Shown here piece after piece: positions 9,201-19,770 of a DNA stretch of 64,000 bases. Under the pieces are notes generated by a model that was not told where the DNA came from, made no database searches, and worked only from the letters and a program-made list of their open reading frames with translations. The DNA lies in the NCBI GenBank assembly GCA_024704765.1, contig JAKMXF010000324.1, positions 124,001-188,000 of the forward strand, written 5' to 3'. Both the position numbers and the translations under genes were made by a program. The stretch is from Oopsacas minuta. Its lineage: Eukaryota; Animalia; Porifera. Numbering within the stretch: position 1 is the stretch's first letter; each line of letters begins with the position of its first letter.

Positions 9201-12200
9201 AACAAACACCTTGCAAAATGCATCGAATATTCACATCAAGTATTACAAGATACTACAGTACAAATCTAGTCCAATTGGGACAAAAAGAACTCGTAGGAGA
9301 CCTACTCAGAATCCCCAAATCACAACTTAACCCCTTCGTATCGTCACTCCCTGAAGAGTACACGAAATTCCTAGCTCAATGCAAAGACGGTCATATGCTA
9401 TATACTGACAAGATTCAGGTATTGCTAGATTCTATTTCCATGGATACCGAAATGCACAAAAGAATTCTAATCACAGGTATGATAACAGTTGACACATTCC
9501 GGTAAAAATTTGGTAAACATTACCTCGAATAGTCGGGATGATTAATCATATTTTAACACCCTTGGGTTAGGCACATAATATATGTGTTATGTCCCAGTTA
9601 CCATAGTTACCTCGTTGGTATTCGGCTACACCCCAAGGACTGTTTGGACGAAAATGGTCTGCCATATGATTATTAGATATCTAACCATGGATGGTGGATT
9701 TATTCCATTTTGTTATATACAAATTTCCCCTTTCAACCAACCGAGAAGTGTTTCAAAATGACCAAAAACAACATCCAAGCAGATTAATTAAATCCGCCAT
9801 CCATGGTTAATTATCGAGCATTTTGTCTCAACCGGGACACCCTTCGAGATAATAAGAGTTCTCCTTTCTTTCATTTAGGACCCAGAGGTTCTGGCAAGTC
9901 AATGACAATATTAAACGCATTATTATACTCTCAACAGACAGAAATGCTTCTCCTCCACTTCCCATCTCTATTCGCTTTCACACACAGCAATCACGTGGTT
10001 GAGCGTTATGAAAGTGAAATGGGTACATTCTATGAACAGGACGAGTACGTAGTGAATTGGTTGAACTATTTCCTGAAACTCAATCCATATATAGCTGACA
10101 AAATAACCACTGATCCGTGTCATTTTGGAGAAGAGCACATGTTGAAATTCACAGTTGATAAGGGAGAGGATTTTAACACTGTCATTAAGCAGGCAATTAG
10201 TTCTGCTTCATTTCCTAGTAAAGTGTTAGGATATATCCTCGAGCAAGTTTTGAAGATCCAAAATCGACCTCCGGTCTTGATAGCGATGGACGGTTTGAAT
10301 GCATTGTTCTGTCGGACAGACGTCCGTTTGGAACAGTATGGACCGCCGTTAATGCCACGGGACTTGACAGTCATGCGGACCATCTATGATTTGGTGTTCT
10401 CACCGAAATATTTGGGACTTTTAGGGAGCAAAGATAGTATAGTAGCTGGTGTAACGAATCGAGGTGTATTGGGTGTGAAAGGAATGAGAAAAGATGATAA
10501 AATATTAACAAGTAGAGAGAAGAGTGCGGATTTTAGCAAGATATTTAGGCCGCAGGCTTTAAGAGAATCTCCGAAACTTAATATAACACAAGAAAACAGC
10601 CCTCATTATCCAAATGGTACTAGTTATAGAGTTGTCGGAATTGAAGGAGAATTGAGACAAATGGACCGGTTAGCCGATTTTGAATTCGGAGGGGGAGAGG
10701 GAGAGGCAACCAACACAATCGCACTAGAAAAGGTGTTTGAACAAAGTAAAGAATGGCAATTGACACTTGAAGTAAATGCCAAAACACTATATTTACACTA
10801 CAAACACTTAGATGAAGTTGCTAAGGACAAAATATACAATTCAAATTACATATGGAAAACAGATATACTCCTTGGAGACGAAGGTATGTCAAAGGTATTC
10901 AACCAGACAACACCTTTTAAAAGCATAGAATTAGAGAATTGGAATAAAGGCTGTGTTGAAATAGCTATGACTGAAGCTGTGAAGGATTTATGGGGGAGAA
11001 AGGACTTGGACAAACATTTCATAGAAGAAGTCTACCCACTGAGTTCTTATGGCAATCCAAGATTAGTGTATAATCTATGTAGAATGGTGTTTGAGCATTG
11101 ATAAGTGTGATAATATGATTAAAAGTAGAGATAAATATAGTATAATTATATTGCATCGTTGTGTGGAGTGGTGCATGTGGCGAATTGACGGACGTGGCGT
11201 GGATATTTCAGTTACTAAACAACCACTTGGACCAAATGGCACACTGACACAAAGGTAGCAATTAAAAAGGTCAAACCACCGTGCATTTTATACAATACGG
11301 CCACTTCGGGACACATTTTGAGTATTTGAGCCACTAAAATGTGTCCATAATCTGAATTTTGCCACTATTTTTGTAAGTGAGACAAATACTAATATACAAT
11401 TCTATTTTCCTTAAATCGTGATGGCATACATGCGCTTGGTTGGCTTATAACTCCATGCCATATACTGTCTGTAACATTCCATTCTACAATAATAGTTTCT
11501 ATGGACTATGATATGTATACAAATATCTCACCTTTTCTCTCAGCTGTTCCTCAAATAAATTTGGACAATATCTATCAAACAGATCTTTATCAACCATCAA
11601 CAATTCCGAATCTTCACAGCATACAACTGTAGCAGTACGAGTAGTTTTCCTCATCAAAGCTGTTTCACCGAATTTCTCCCCGGCATTCATTACGTTATCA
11701 CAGGTGTAGACTTCTCCAGTTTTGCTGTTAATATCTGATCGCATCCAAACGAGAGACCCTATGTATAAATTGAAACTGAAACTACTTCGAAGACAATCCC
11801 AGTTGCCTTCCCCTGGTCTGACGTATATGAACAGCGAACCAATTTTCTGGATAAAACAAAAATCACATCACTATTACATCCATGGTATACTTTGAATATT
11901 ATAAATATGCTTGGGGTACTCTTCATAGTATCGAGTTCAACATTAAATGCAAATTACACAAACGTATGATCTCAATGTGAAGTCATAACATTGGAAGAGT
12001 TCTACTAACTCCTTACAAATCAAAAACAATTAATTCAGAAATGTTAGTGTTTACAAAGTAAACAATTTCTGAACATTTTGAAATGTACATCTAAAGGTGT
12101 GAAAGTATGTATACCCTAGTGTGTAACACATATACACTGGTTCCAATTTTCATATCAATCGGGCCAGTGAGTTCACAAGTCCTCAATTTGTTATTCTCCT

Positions 12201-14346
12201 AAGGTTACATACAGTAGACTCGCTTAAAGGACCGTTGGTCGTTACCCCGGTCAGAGGAAGTTCATTTATATGCGAATAGCAATTCGATCTATTTACTTTC
12301 ACTCCGTTTCCAGAAGTTCCCCGTTTCCACACGCCCCGCCCGCAAAGCAAGTTCTCACCAGATATGATAATGTAGAAGTTCTTTCCTTGCTGTCCCTGTC
12401 TCAGAATAGCACGACCCTTCTCATAACAAGTATAATACATAGACATACATAAAGCTTTCTGAGTTGATTCAGCGTATTGTCTAAATTCATTAATACTCGA
12501 TCTTAGGAATACTCTTAACTGTAAAATATCTGATTCAGTTCGGCTCTCTGGGTATTTGTATAAGATCTTTCTATACCTAAGAACAGTAGATACCGGTTTA
12601 AGAACATGCCGGATATAAGTACTAACCTCTGGAAAAACGGTTCTCATATTGCTGTATATTATGCCGGTTATAATAACATGTAATGAAGGGACAGCGATAA
12701 TTACTTTCGATATAACCGACGGGTTTGGGACCATATTTGTACAATTTAAAACTTTGATATATTTGATATAACTTGACTGTAGTATACCTTGGTGGCAATA
12801 GAGAGGGGAAATTAGCAGGAATATTATCAGAATTATCTCTACTCTGAGTATCTCCACTTCTCATTACATCTTCAGCTTCCATTCTTGCTGATCTCTCTAT
12901 CAATGAGGTACTATACGTGCTCATTATCTACATGTAATTGCATACATCATACATACCAGTAGACTCTGCTAACCATGGATACAAGTTAATCGGAAATCAA
13001 GTAACTGGAATATTACAATGTAACATCCACAGACGGGGAACGAGGTTGCATTTTCGGCGCCGTTTGTAGAGGTTACACTTTGGACATAGAACAAACCTTT
13101 GAGAATCTATAAATATTCCAAACTTTGTTAATGAGAGTTTTCATGCAAACAACTGACATCTTTTTCAACTCTTCCTGACTAGCTGTCCTCTCCAACAGTC
13201 TAGGCTGTAACCTTAGCAACACATTCATTGCCGCGGCATGTTTATTTTTGGCGCTCTTAGCTATACCAAACTTTGATGAAATGATATTTTTCAGATGACC
13301 ACTTGGAATTGAAGATTTTGGTATTTTGATTTTTTCGATTATCTCTTCCTCGAATGATTCTCCTTCTAATTTTAGCGTCATCAGATCTGTGCGAACTTTC
13401 CTTTGCCTTGCCTAAAGATACCAATTTAAGGACCAATACCGTGGGTACTAGAATGATGACTAATCGTCCTGACTCCTGAGACATGGGTCTTCGGGAAGAA
13501 GGACAGACTTATAGTTTTCGAGATATACCAATGCTTAAGTAAATATTAAATTGTCTTTATCAGTTAATTTGTATTTATAGCATAGCCAATTGTTCCGCAG
13601 ACGACAGCAGGGGTCCAGAGGATCTAAAAATTGTATTGTAGTCTATGGAAGGGGTCCACAAATGTGTAGAACACGCTTCGCCGAGAGAAGGGGGTATTAC
13701 GACACTTACTTGTAGAGTTAAAGTAGAAGGAGTTTGAGCTGTAGCATTACTAACTCTTGGCGAGGTAGCATGCTGTGTAGATATACATCTAGCTGCTGGA
13801 GATGCCTGCAAATTAGTTGAAAGCTTCGACAGAGATGCGATCAGTGAAACTGATAAATTCCTATCAGGCTAGATTAAATATTTGTCAGAATATTTTTGCT
13901 GGAAATATCGACAAAAAGTTGGGTAAAACACAGAAAATATGCCTTGTCAACTCCTGTTATATCTAACACGGATATATTGAAATTGTCCCGATTTATATAT
14001 TATATATATTGTAACACCTTAAAATCTGAAATAATAAAATATGGTCCCAAACCGTATCAGTTATATCAAAGTACAGTAGACTATGAACAGAACTCCACCG
14101 GTTAATCGCGTCAAAAAGGTCTGGTCCCGATGTGACCCTATTAGGGAGTCTACAGTAATCATCGCGGTCCCTTGAGCTTCGATATAACTGGAGTGGAAAG
14201 AATTTCCCCAAAAAAATAAATTGACAATATTTACTCACCAATGCAGATAGCTTTCTCTCATTCATCTGGAATCTGTTCACTACATTACTACCTCTTGTAT
14301 CTTTATTAGCGGTGGGAATAGTCGGTGATCTGTCAAGCAATTCCAT
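6264..14346 (-). CDS. Cyclic nucleotide-binding domain protein (CNBD2-like, two CNB domains). Exon model: 14346-14239, 13868-13710, 13411-13097, 12927-12788, 12576-12359, 11758-11532, 7154-6264
   Basis: All junctions are GT-AG and phase-compatible by manual check. CNB motifs ILRQGQQGKNFYIIISG, GEKFGETALMRKTTRTATV, LFENWSQSDL...FYLVVEGKCRV and QLARGDVF. An alternative acceptor at 12651 and small introns inside the last exon are possible. Confidence 0.75.
7280..7416. mobile_element. Tc1/mariner-type MITE family 1 (TIR cagt(c/a)aactcc.gttatatc)
   Basis: Shared core ttgtacaa(a/t)tatggtccc...ttatatc.aagtaattatc.cggtc.cttgagcttcgatataac. Other copies at about 12685-12779, 14015-14194, 17651-17720, 22905-22958, 33238-33330, 59571-59730 and 61951-62084. 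Confidence 0.8.
7484..8677 (-). CDS. NPRL2: GATOR1 complex subunit NPRL2 (397 aa, intronless)
   Basis: N-terminal AILFLEFTSLGPTLLHQAP, IGHAKCILGEQYKRNQYSFN and PIFQYTNAY match NPR2-family motifs. The ORF-track start at 8824 is a TTG inside a MITE; the first ATG is at 8677. Confidence 0.85.
   Translation of the reverse strand: MTSTNSIIENFPIPSAILFLEFTSLGPTLLHQAPLGYLTDEQISRIQNFVFPPLSLFDRTLTLFHENRKYIGHAKCILGEQYKRNQYSFNCLLCFDGNLDVFPYHAVLTKIANEFSIYEIEEAFFSSPYDSDNFQSILNAILHGLRTVGEVNLEITDCNWLFLKVLPTNTDTLLEPIDSKSVPVIQHNIRTITHTELDLTIAEVLSHMDEIRPLSSIAKDSDVSLKEIGIDVSRHLQYYNILQGFVPIFQYTNAYLISPRIPLLLNSTEFQGEMLTYLRRDFDLQLVCINEVIRLFLSLKHAQSLYQLYRLELNEMLLLGQTALLRRIIEFGIFKKIIIPLKEYLYLSPSVSSRLSGLLERKEDFVQVDTLCWSQGGSHRDFVLQILEENEYTTLYV
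8745..8882. mobile_element. Composite MITE: family-1 fragment carrying an inserted 85-bp MITE (TIR cagtagact/agtctactg, 8798-8882)
   Basis: Near-identical to 14035-14155. Confidence 0.8.
9218..11101 (+). CDS. DAP3: Mitochondrial ribosomal protein mS29 / death-associated protein 3; exons 9218-9476 and 9879-11101 (493 aa)
   Basis: Splicing acag|gtat...ttag|ga builds the P-loop ITGPRGSGKS. Also PPVLIAMDGLNALF and the C-terminal LLGDEG...PF...ENW...GNPRL; N-terminus resembles a mitochondrial targeting peptide. Confidence 0.88.
9685..9806. mobile_element. piggyBac-like MITE in the DAP3 intron
   Basis: TIRs ccatggatggtggattt / aaatccgccatccatgg (one mismatch), flanked by ctaa and ttaa (TTAA-like target site). 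Confidence 0.65.
14015..14194. mobile_element. Family-1 MITE with a nested MITE (14074-14155) inserted at a duplicated TA
   Basis: Reads aagTA[cagtagact...agtctacag]TAatcatcgcggtccc, whereas the empty family-1 copy reads aagtaattatcacggtc (7360-7390). Confidence 0.85.
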
Positions 14347-14364
14347 TCAGCTAAAGCACACTTA

Positions 14365-14453
14365 CAGTAGAACCCGGTTAATAATACAATCTCTATTCGG
14401 ATAAAGACGTAATGTTGTTTCCCGAGGGAGTAGGTCTTATCCGAGTTCTACTG
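14365..14453. mobile_element. Tc1/mariner-type MITE family 2, complete 89-bp copy
   Basis: TA|cagtagaacccgg...ccgagttctactg|TA. Related copies at about 21140-21215, 34730-34905, 50150-50200, 52550-52620, 55940-56030 and 56460-56498. Confidence 0.85.
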
Positions 14454-16140
14454 TATTTACTATACACCATGACATCATAATGTTAAAAGAAACTATGTGG
14501 CGTCGTCGAGTCGTGATTAGGGAACGAAAGGAGCTTATGTCAAGGGCGCTAATATATAGTAGAATTCGGTTAGTAAGTGACAAGACGTACTTTTCTCTAA
14601 AAACAGATTATCAATTCTTGTTCTAATTGCATATGAAGAATATTCGGATAAGACCTACCCGCCAATTAATCATAAGGGACGAATTTTGTCCTTACCCCCC
14701 GTGCAAATATTCATAGATTATCCCTTTAACCATCGTAACGGACATTTTCCATTCGTATGTCTTTCGTCATTGCGTTCCATATACAGCAAATCTCACATTA
14801 GACAACGAAATACACGAATTGATTTTGGCAATGTTTATCGAGGAAATAATTAAATTCGCAGTGAGAAGAAAACCAAAACATCGCATTTATATACGAAATA
14901 ATTCGCAGTAATTGTTATTTAATATATTACAAAAACTAGACAATACAAAATGGTCATTCATAAGAGGTAAATAGTAAATTACATTTGAAAGGATTACACG
15001 AATGCCATTAATAGTATTGAATTCTAATACTATTGTAATGTTGCGTCTATTATTAGAGCTATTAGATCTGCGACAATCCTATTGAAACTTACTTATCATA
15101 GCTTTATCATGCAAATATACATCTTAATTATTTGACATGTATATGTTATGGCCAGTTATGACTAGTAAACTGTAGTGTAATTCTACGAGACAATATGTCT
15201 GTTTGTCTGGAGCCGTTCCTACGAACAAGTGCACATTAAAAGTGGAAGCCGGTGCGTAGTAGTGGCGGACAATTGGGTGAAAATAAGAGCCACAAATATT
15301 GATAACTTACTGAGTCTAATGCGATAAAGGTTATTGACCTATCAGATTTTAGGGTTTACACACAGTCTATGTAGGCTGATTTTCTACTGGCTAAGAGTTA
15401 CGTAGTGGCTGGTATTCATTGGTAATGCATATCTGAGACTGTAATTGATCAGTTGGGTCTCTAGAGCAGGGGCGGTATCAGGATTGTGCATAACCTGGAG
15501 CCAATCCCGGGCCAAATCTTATTATATAATGGGCAGTGGTGGTCTGAGGATCTGGCAAAACTGGGAAGGGCAATTTTAGAACATACAGTGGTACCTCGTT
15601 AATATGAATTTCCGGGTAAGACGAACAAATATTTACACATAATCAGAGTCCCAATGGTTATTCAATTGGAATTACTTCGGTTAAGTGAATAATATTGTCT
15701 GTCCGCTGGGGTTCGTATTAACGATTCTTGTTTAAGCGCAGCAAAAATAGAGGAAATCAATTGCTTGTTAGAGAAAAAGGAATAGATATTCGTGTGCAAA
15801 AATACAATTTTCTATAACTTTCCCAATAATGGAAATTCTGCCAAATTATGATTACAAACAGACTTCCAAGGATCATTAATAACAACAGATCTCCTGCATT
15901 TTGGAGGTGGAAGTATTATTAATCTTTAGGAATATACTAACTGATATTTTAAATAATATATTGATGATAAATGTTGGAATTGTTCATAAACTATGTGGAT
16001 ATCAGCTGTTTGTTTATGTTTCAAATATTTTGTAATTTTACTACAATTTTTCCAGAGGTTCAACAAATAATTCCCACAACAATTAGAGCTGGATATAAAC
16101 AATTAAATTCTATTATTAGTATAAAATCAAGAAAATACAA

Positions 16141-17202
16141 TCAAGCATCACTGAGGGTTAAACTGGGAATAGAAATGAATACTGTGTCATTCTCATGCTT
16201 CGTTACAACGCACGTCGTTTCTTGGGGGGCTGCTATTGAAGCGAGATTCGCACAAGAAACGGCGATATTGAGTCCGATCGATAAGACTTGACATGAAATA
16301 CTGGAGGGTGTGGTGGAGACACAGGGTTGGGATTGGATTGGAGAGGATGGGGCTGTCTGGGGGAGAGGACTTGAAGATTGTGAATCTGATTGGATAGGAG
16401 ATGATGTTATGTGTGTGCTAAGGGTGTCGGTAAATGTAGGTAAAGCAGTGGCAGTCTCTTCTACAGGGAAAGACAGACGAACTTCATATGGCTCCGAATC
16501 TAAATCGAATTTGGACGGAGATTCTTTTCGGGACTCTAGAATATTATCACCGCAGTCAGGAAACATTGATTTTGAAGCGAACGGATTCGCTCTTGCTTGT
16601 CGTACAAGACGGATTCCTTCATCAGATTTTGGGTGTATATGATGATAGAATTTCAAATGTTGGTATAGTTTGTATTCAACGATAGGTCTGTTACATATTT
16701 CCCCAGTTTCCTTCATGAATGGGCAAAGTAGGACATTGCGTACAGATTTGGATGGTTGTTTCTTCAAGTCTTTACGAAAGCGTTTTGATTCTGCAACAAT
16801 CTTTACAATTTGGAGGTGAGACAGTTCCTTATGGCATTGCTCAAGATGTCGACGAAGATCGAGAACGCTTTTTGAACAGACTCTGCAGAGTTTGGGTGTT
16901 CTCGCACGAGATTTTGGTTTGTCAATAAAACAATTGTCTGTTTGTGATGATAATGTTGTGATGAATGGGATAGGTTCTAGGGAATAGTAAGATTGGTCAT
17001 CTTTGAGGGCAATTCCACTCGTTTGTAAAGCTAAGAACGAAATGGATTGTTGTTCTGAATCTATCTCATTGTTTACTGATGCTTGTTGTTTGAAGAATAA
17101 CTTGGAATTGTCAATAGTTGTTTGTATTAGGTTGTCTTTAGCAGAAAGAATTTTCGTCTCCAAATATTCTGAACCGAAATAATTATTAGTTGCGAATTCC
17201 AT
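16141..17202 (-). CDS. Orphan protein with two C2H2-like zinc fingers and a Ser/Pro/Thr-rich tail
   Basis: 353-aa intronless ORF with CRVCSKSVLDLRRHLEQCH and CPFMKETGEICNRPIVEYKLYQHLKFYHH. Confidence 0.6.
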   Translation of the reverse strand: MEFATNNYFGSEYLETKILSAKDNLIQTTIDNSKLFFKQQASVNNEIDSEQQSISFLALQTSGIALKDDQSYYSLEPIPFITTLSSQTDNCFIDKPKSRARTPKLCRVCSKSVLDLRRHLEQCHKELSHLQIVKIVAESKRFRKDLKKQPSKSVRNVLLCPFMKETGEICNRPIVEYKLYQHLKFYHHIHPKSDEGIRLVRQARANPFASKSMFPDCGDNILESRKESPSKFDLDSEPYEVRLSFPVEETATALPTFTDTLSTHITSSPIQSDSQSSSPLPQTAPSSPIQSQPCVSTTPSSISCQVLSIGLNIAVSCANLASIAAPQETTCVVTKHENDTVFISIPSLTLSDA

Positions 17203-18269
17203 TTAAGGAAGAGTCAAAATATGAAAAATGTTGGAAAAATGTGGTTTAAAGTTTTTGAATTGTATTTTTGGAGGTATTTCGTTCCTTATAAACATTTTCA
17301 CAACACAGTGAAACATGACTGACTATAGATAAGTGCATGACTAAAATAATACTGTTTGAAGTACTATTCCTCATTCATTTCTGAATACATCTCCCATGCT
17401 ATAGGAATAATAAAATTCACGCATGAAGTGGAACAAGCTCTACCTTGCGGGCTCTTTCAAAAAATAAAGTGAGAGAGGATTAGGGGTGTGTTCTGGAAGT
17501 AAAACAAACTTAGAATGGTGGAGGCGAATATTTCAGAATACTAGATCAGAGAGGTTCGGGTTATTTTGCTATCTTCCAGAAAATGAGTACATTTTACTCA
17601 ATTATTGTGATAATTATCCGATGAAAATATATTTTGGAGGCCAAATGAGCCTACCGGTTATATCGAAGCTTAAGGGACAGTAGGAATTATGTCGATATGA
17701 GCCGAGTTCGATATAACCCGATGAAATTAGGTTACTTTGATTTGGACATATTTGGCCAATAAATGCATTGATATATACGTGTTCCATATCTAACGAGAGT
17801 TAACTGTACATTGAATACATACAAATTGGCAGCTGAAGAATGGCAAAAATGTTGCAGAGTAAAAAAGACATCTGTCAAATTAACTTCGTAGTAGACATAA
17901 CAAATTCGCCAATAAAACCTAAGAAAAAATGCGATAAAAATGTGAAAAAACCATAAATGTTCATAAACAATTAACACCCATTCTGGCTAAACTTGCAAAG
18001 AATCAATGGAAAATCCGTGAGTCATCTTACTTACATGGAATAAGTGGAAAAGACAATCAATAATATATATGAACAGACATTGGAGCTTATCAGTAATTAA
18101 ATGAATCCAAAATACAAAAGAATTGATTTGTTTATCGCTTGATTGTTTCGAGAGAAAATCTGTTTTTAAGGAATCTATTTGTGATTAAAATTTGTTAGGA
18201 ATGTTAATGGTGTTTTTAAATCTTTAACTAATGTGTTGATTGACTGGATAGTTTATCTGAACAATTCAG

Positions 18270-18445
18270 CCGCCAAAATTAGAATCAATTATTCACCTGC
18301 AAAAATCAACATGTCTCCCGTCAAAGTCGAAATTCGCCCGCCAGAATCAACATATCTCCCGCCAAAATCAATTATTCCCCGCCAGAATCAACATATCTCC
18401 CGCCAAAATCAATTATTCACCCGCCAGAATCAACATTTCTCCTGA
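18270..18445. repeat. Minisatellite with ~21-bp units alternating cccgccagaatcaacatatct and cccgccaaaatcaattattc
   Basis: About five well-conserved units at 18335-18445, with degenerate units to the left. Confidence 0.85.
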
Positions 18446-19544
18446 TACCATGTTTACGCACAAGTTAGCCCGATAAATCACTTTTCGTATCACTCTACTT
18501 TCCTTCTCATTACACTACGCAACATCACACAACCTATAACACACGCTTAACACCGAGCCAATTATTCATATTTACGTATCATTCAAATCGAATAAAAAAC
18601 AAATGAAAATAGAAATAATGGGTCTTGTTCAAAGGTAGGGGCAGTTAATACTCTATAAGTCTTAGTATAATTGAGATAAGATCTGAAGAACTTTGTAGAA
18701 TATTCTAGAACATAATTGCCGAGTATCTAGAAAATGTCGAAAAGATACCGTTAGTTTACTACATTCGTGAAAGCCACAATATTCGTATTAATGTTTATTA
18801 AGTTTTGTAAATAGAAATCTAGAACGAGGGGACATTTGGAGATGAAAATATGACAATTGTATTTGTTGACTTATGAAAGAGACATAAACTCCGATACAGT
18901 ATTTGTTATTATTATCTCCCAGACTAGTGTATACTAAAGTATGCAAATAACAATACGGCAAAACTGGGAATCGGGCGTGTTAGATTTTCGGAATTTTACT
19001 CTTACGTCTCACAATTCAAAAATATTTACTGTTTTGTACTAACAATACGAATTTCAACGATATTAGTTTATCAACACTACTACACTTCAAAGTATATGTG
19101 ACAAAGAATAACCTGGAATGACCATACAACATAGCTATGACCAAAAGTCATGACTATAAGAAATCAAAAACAAGTACAGATTACAATGCATTGCTTTACG
19201 TGACTTGGAGATCAACAGGAGCATATTTCAAAGTGTTGGAAAGAATGTATATGGTTTTCTGGAAAAATAAGCATCGATTCAGTCACAAATATGATACTAA
19301 TAATAGAAAGCATGACGCGATTAATTATATTGAGCATTTTATGAGAATTTCAAATTAGAATAGAGCATATCTCTCTATATAGCAAACAGTTACTGAACAC
19401 CTCGAACCTGAAAATTTTCTTTACCATACCCAAGCGTTCACTAACAAGGTTTCCATTTACAGTAGACTACGCTTAATAGAGCCACTGGTTAATCGGGCCA
19501 ACACCTTTATTCCGCTCAATCGGGTGGACAACAAGATTTCACTA

Positions 19545-19629
19545 TGAGTACACATGCCAAATTTGGTGTTTTAATATAGAAAGGTGTGAACAGTGGAGCG
19601 AAAGTCAACCATTTTATAACTGAGCCACT
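19545..19629. mobile_element. Dispersed repeat family 4 (catgccaNNtttggtgt...aaaggtgtgaaca...aactgagccact)
   Basis: Copies at about 26480-26583 and 31634-31695; terminal motif also at 49136-49148 (reverse) and near 11327-11336. Confidence 0.75.
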
Positions 19630-19770
19630 TTGCTATGTGATAACAGAGATTTTGGTGGAATTAGAATTACTAAAAACCCTGAAATATGATTGGGCAATCT
19701 GTTATGCATGTGCGGGAAAATAGTATAAATAGGAGTGTGAAGAACTGATAACAATTTTACATAATAAACA

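Noticed and set aside
12577-12857. N-terminal part of the 224-aa ORF 12183..12857
   Set aside because: It reads through an intron containing a family-1 MITE and overlaps exon 4 in the wrong frame; only the CNB part is supported.
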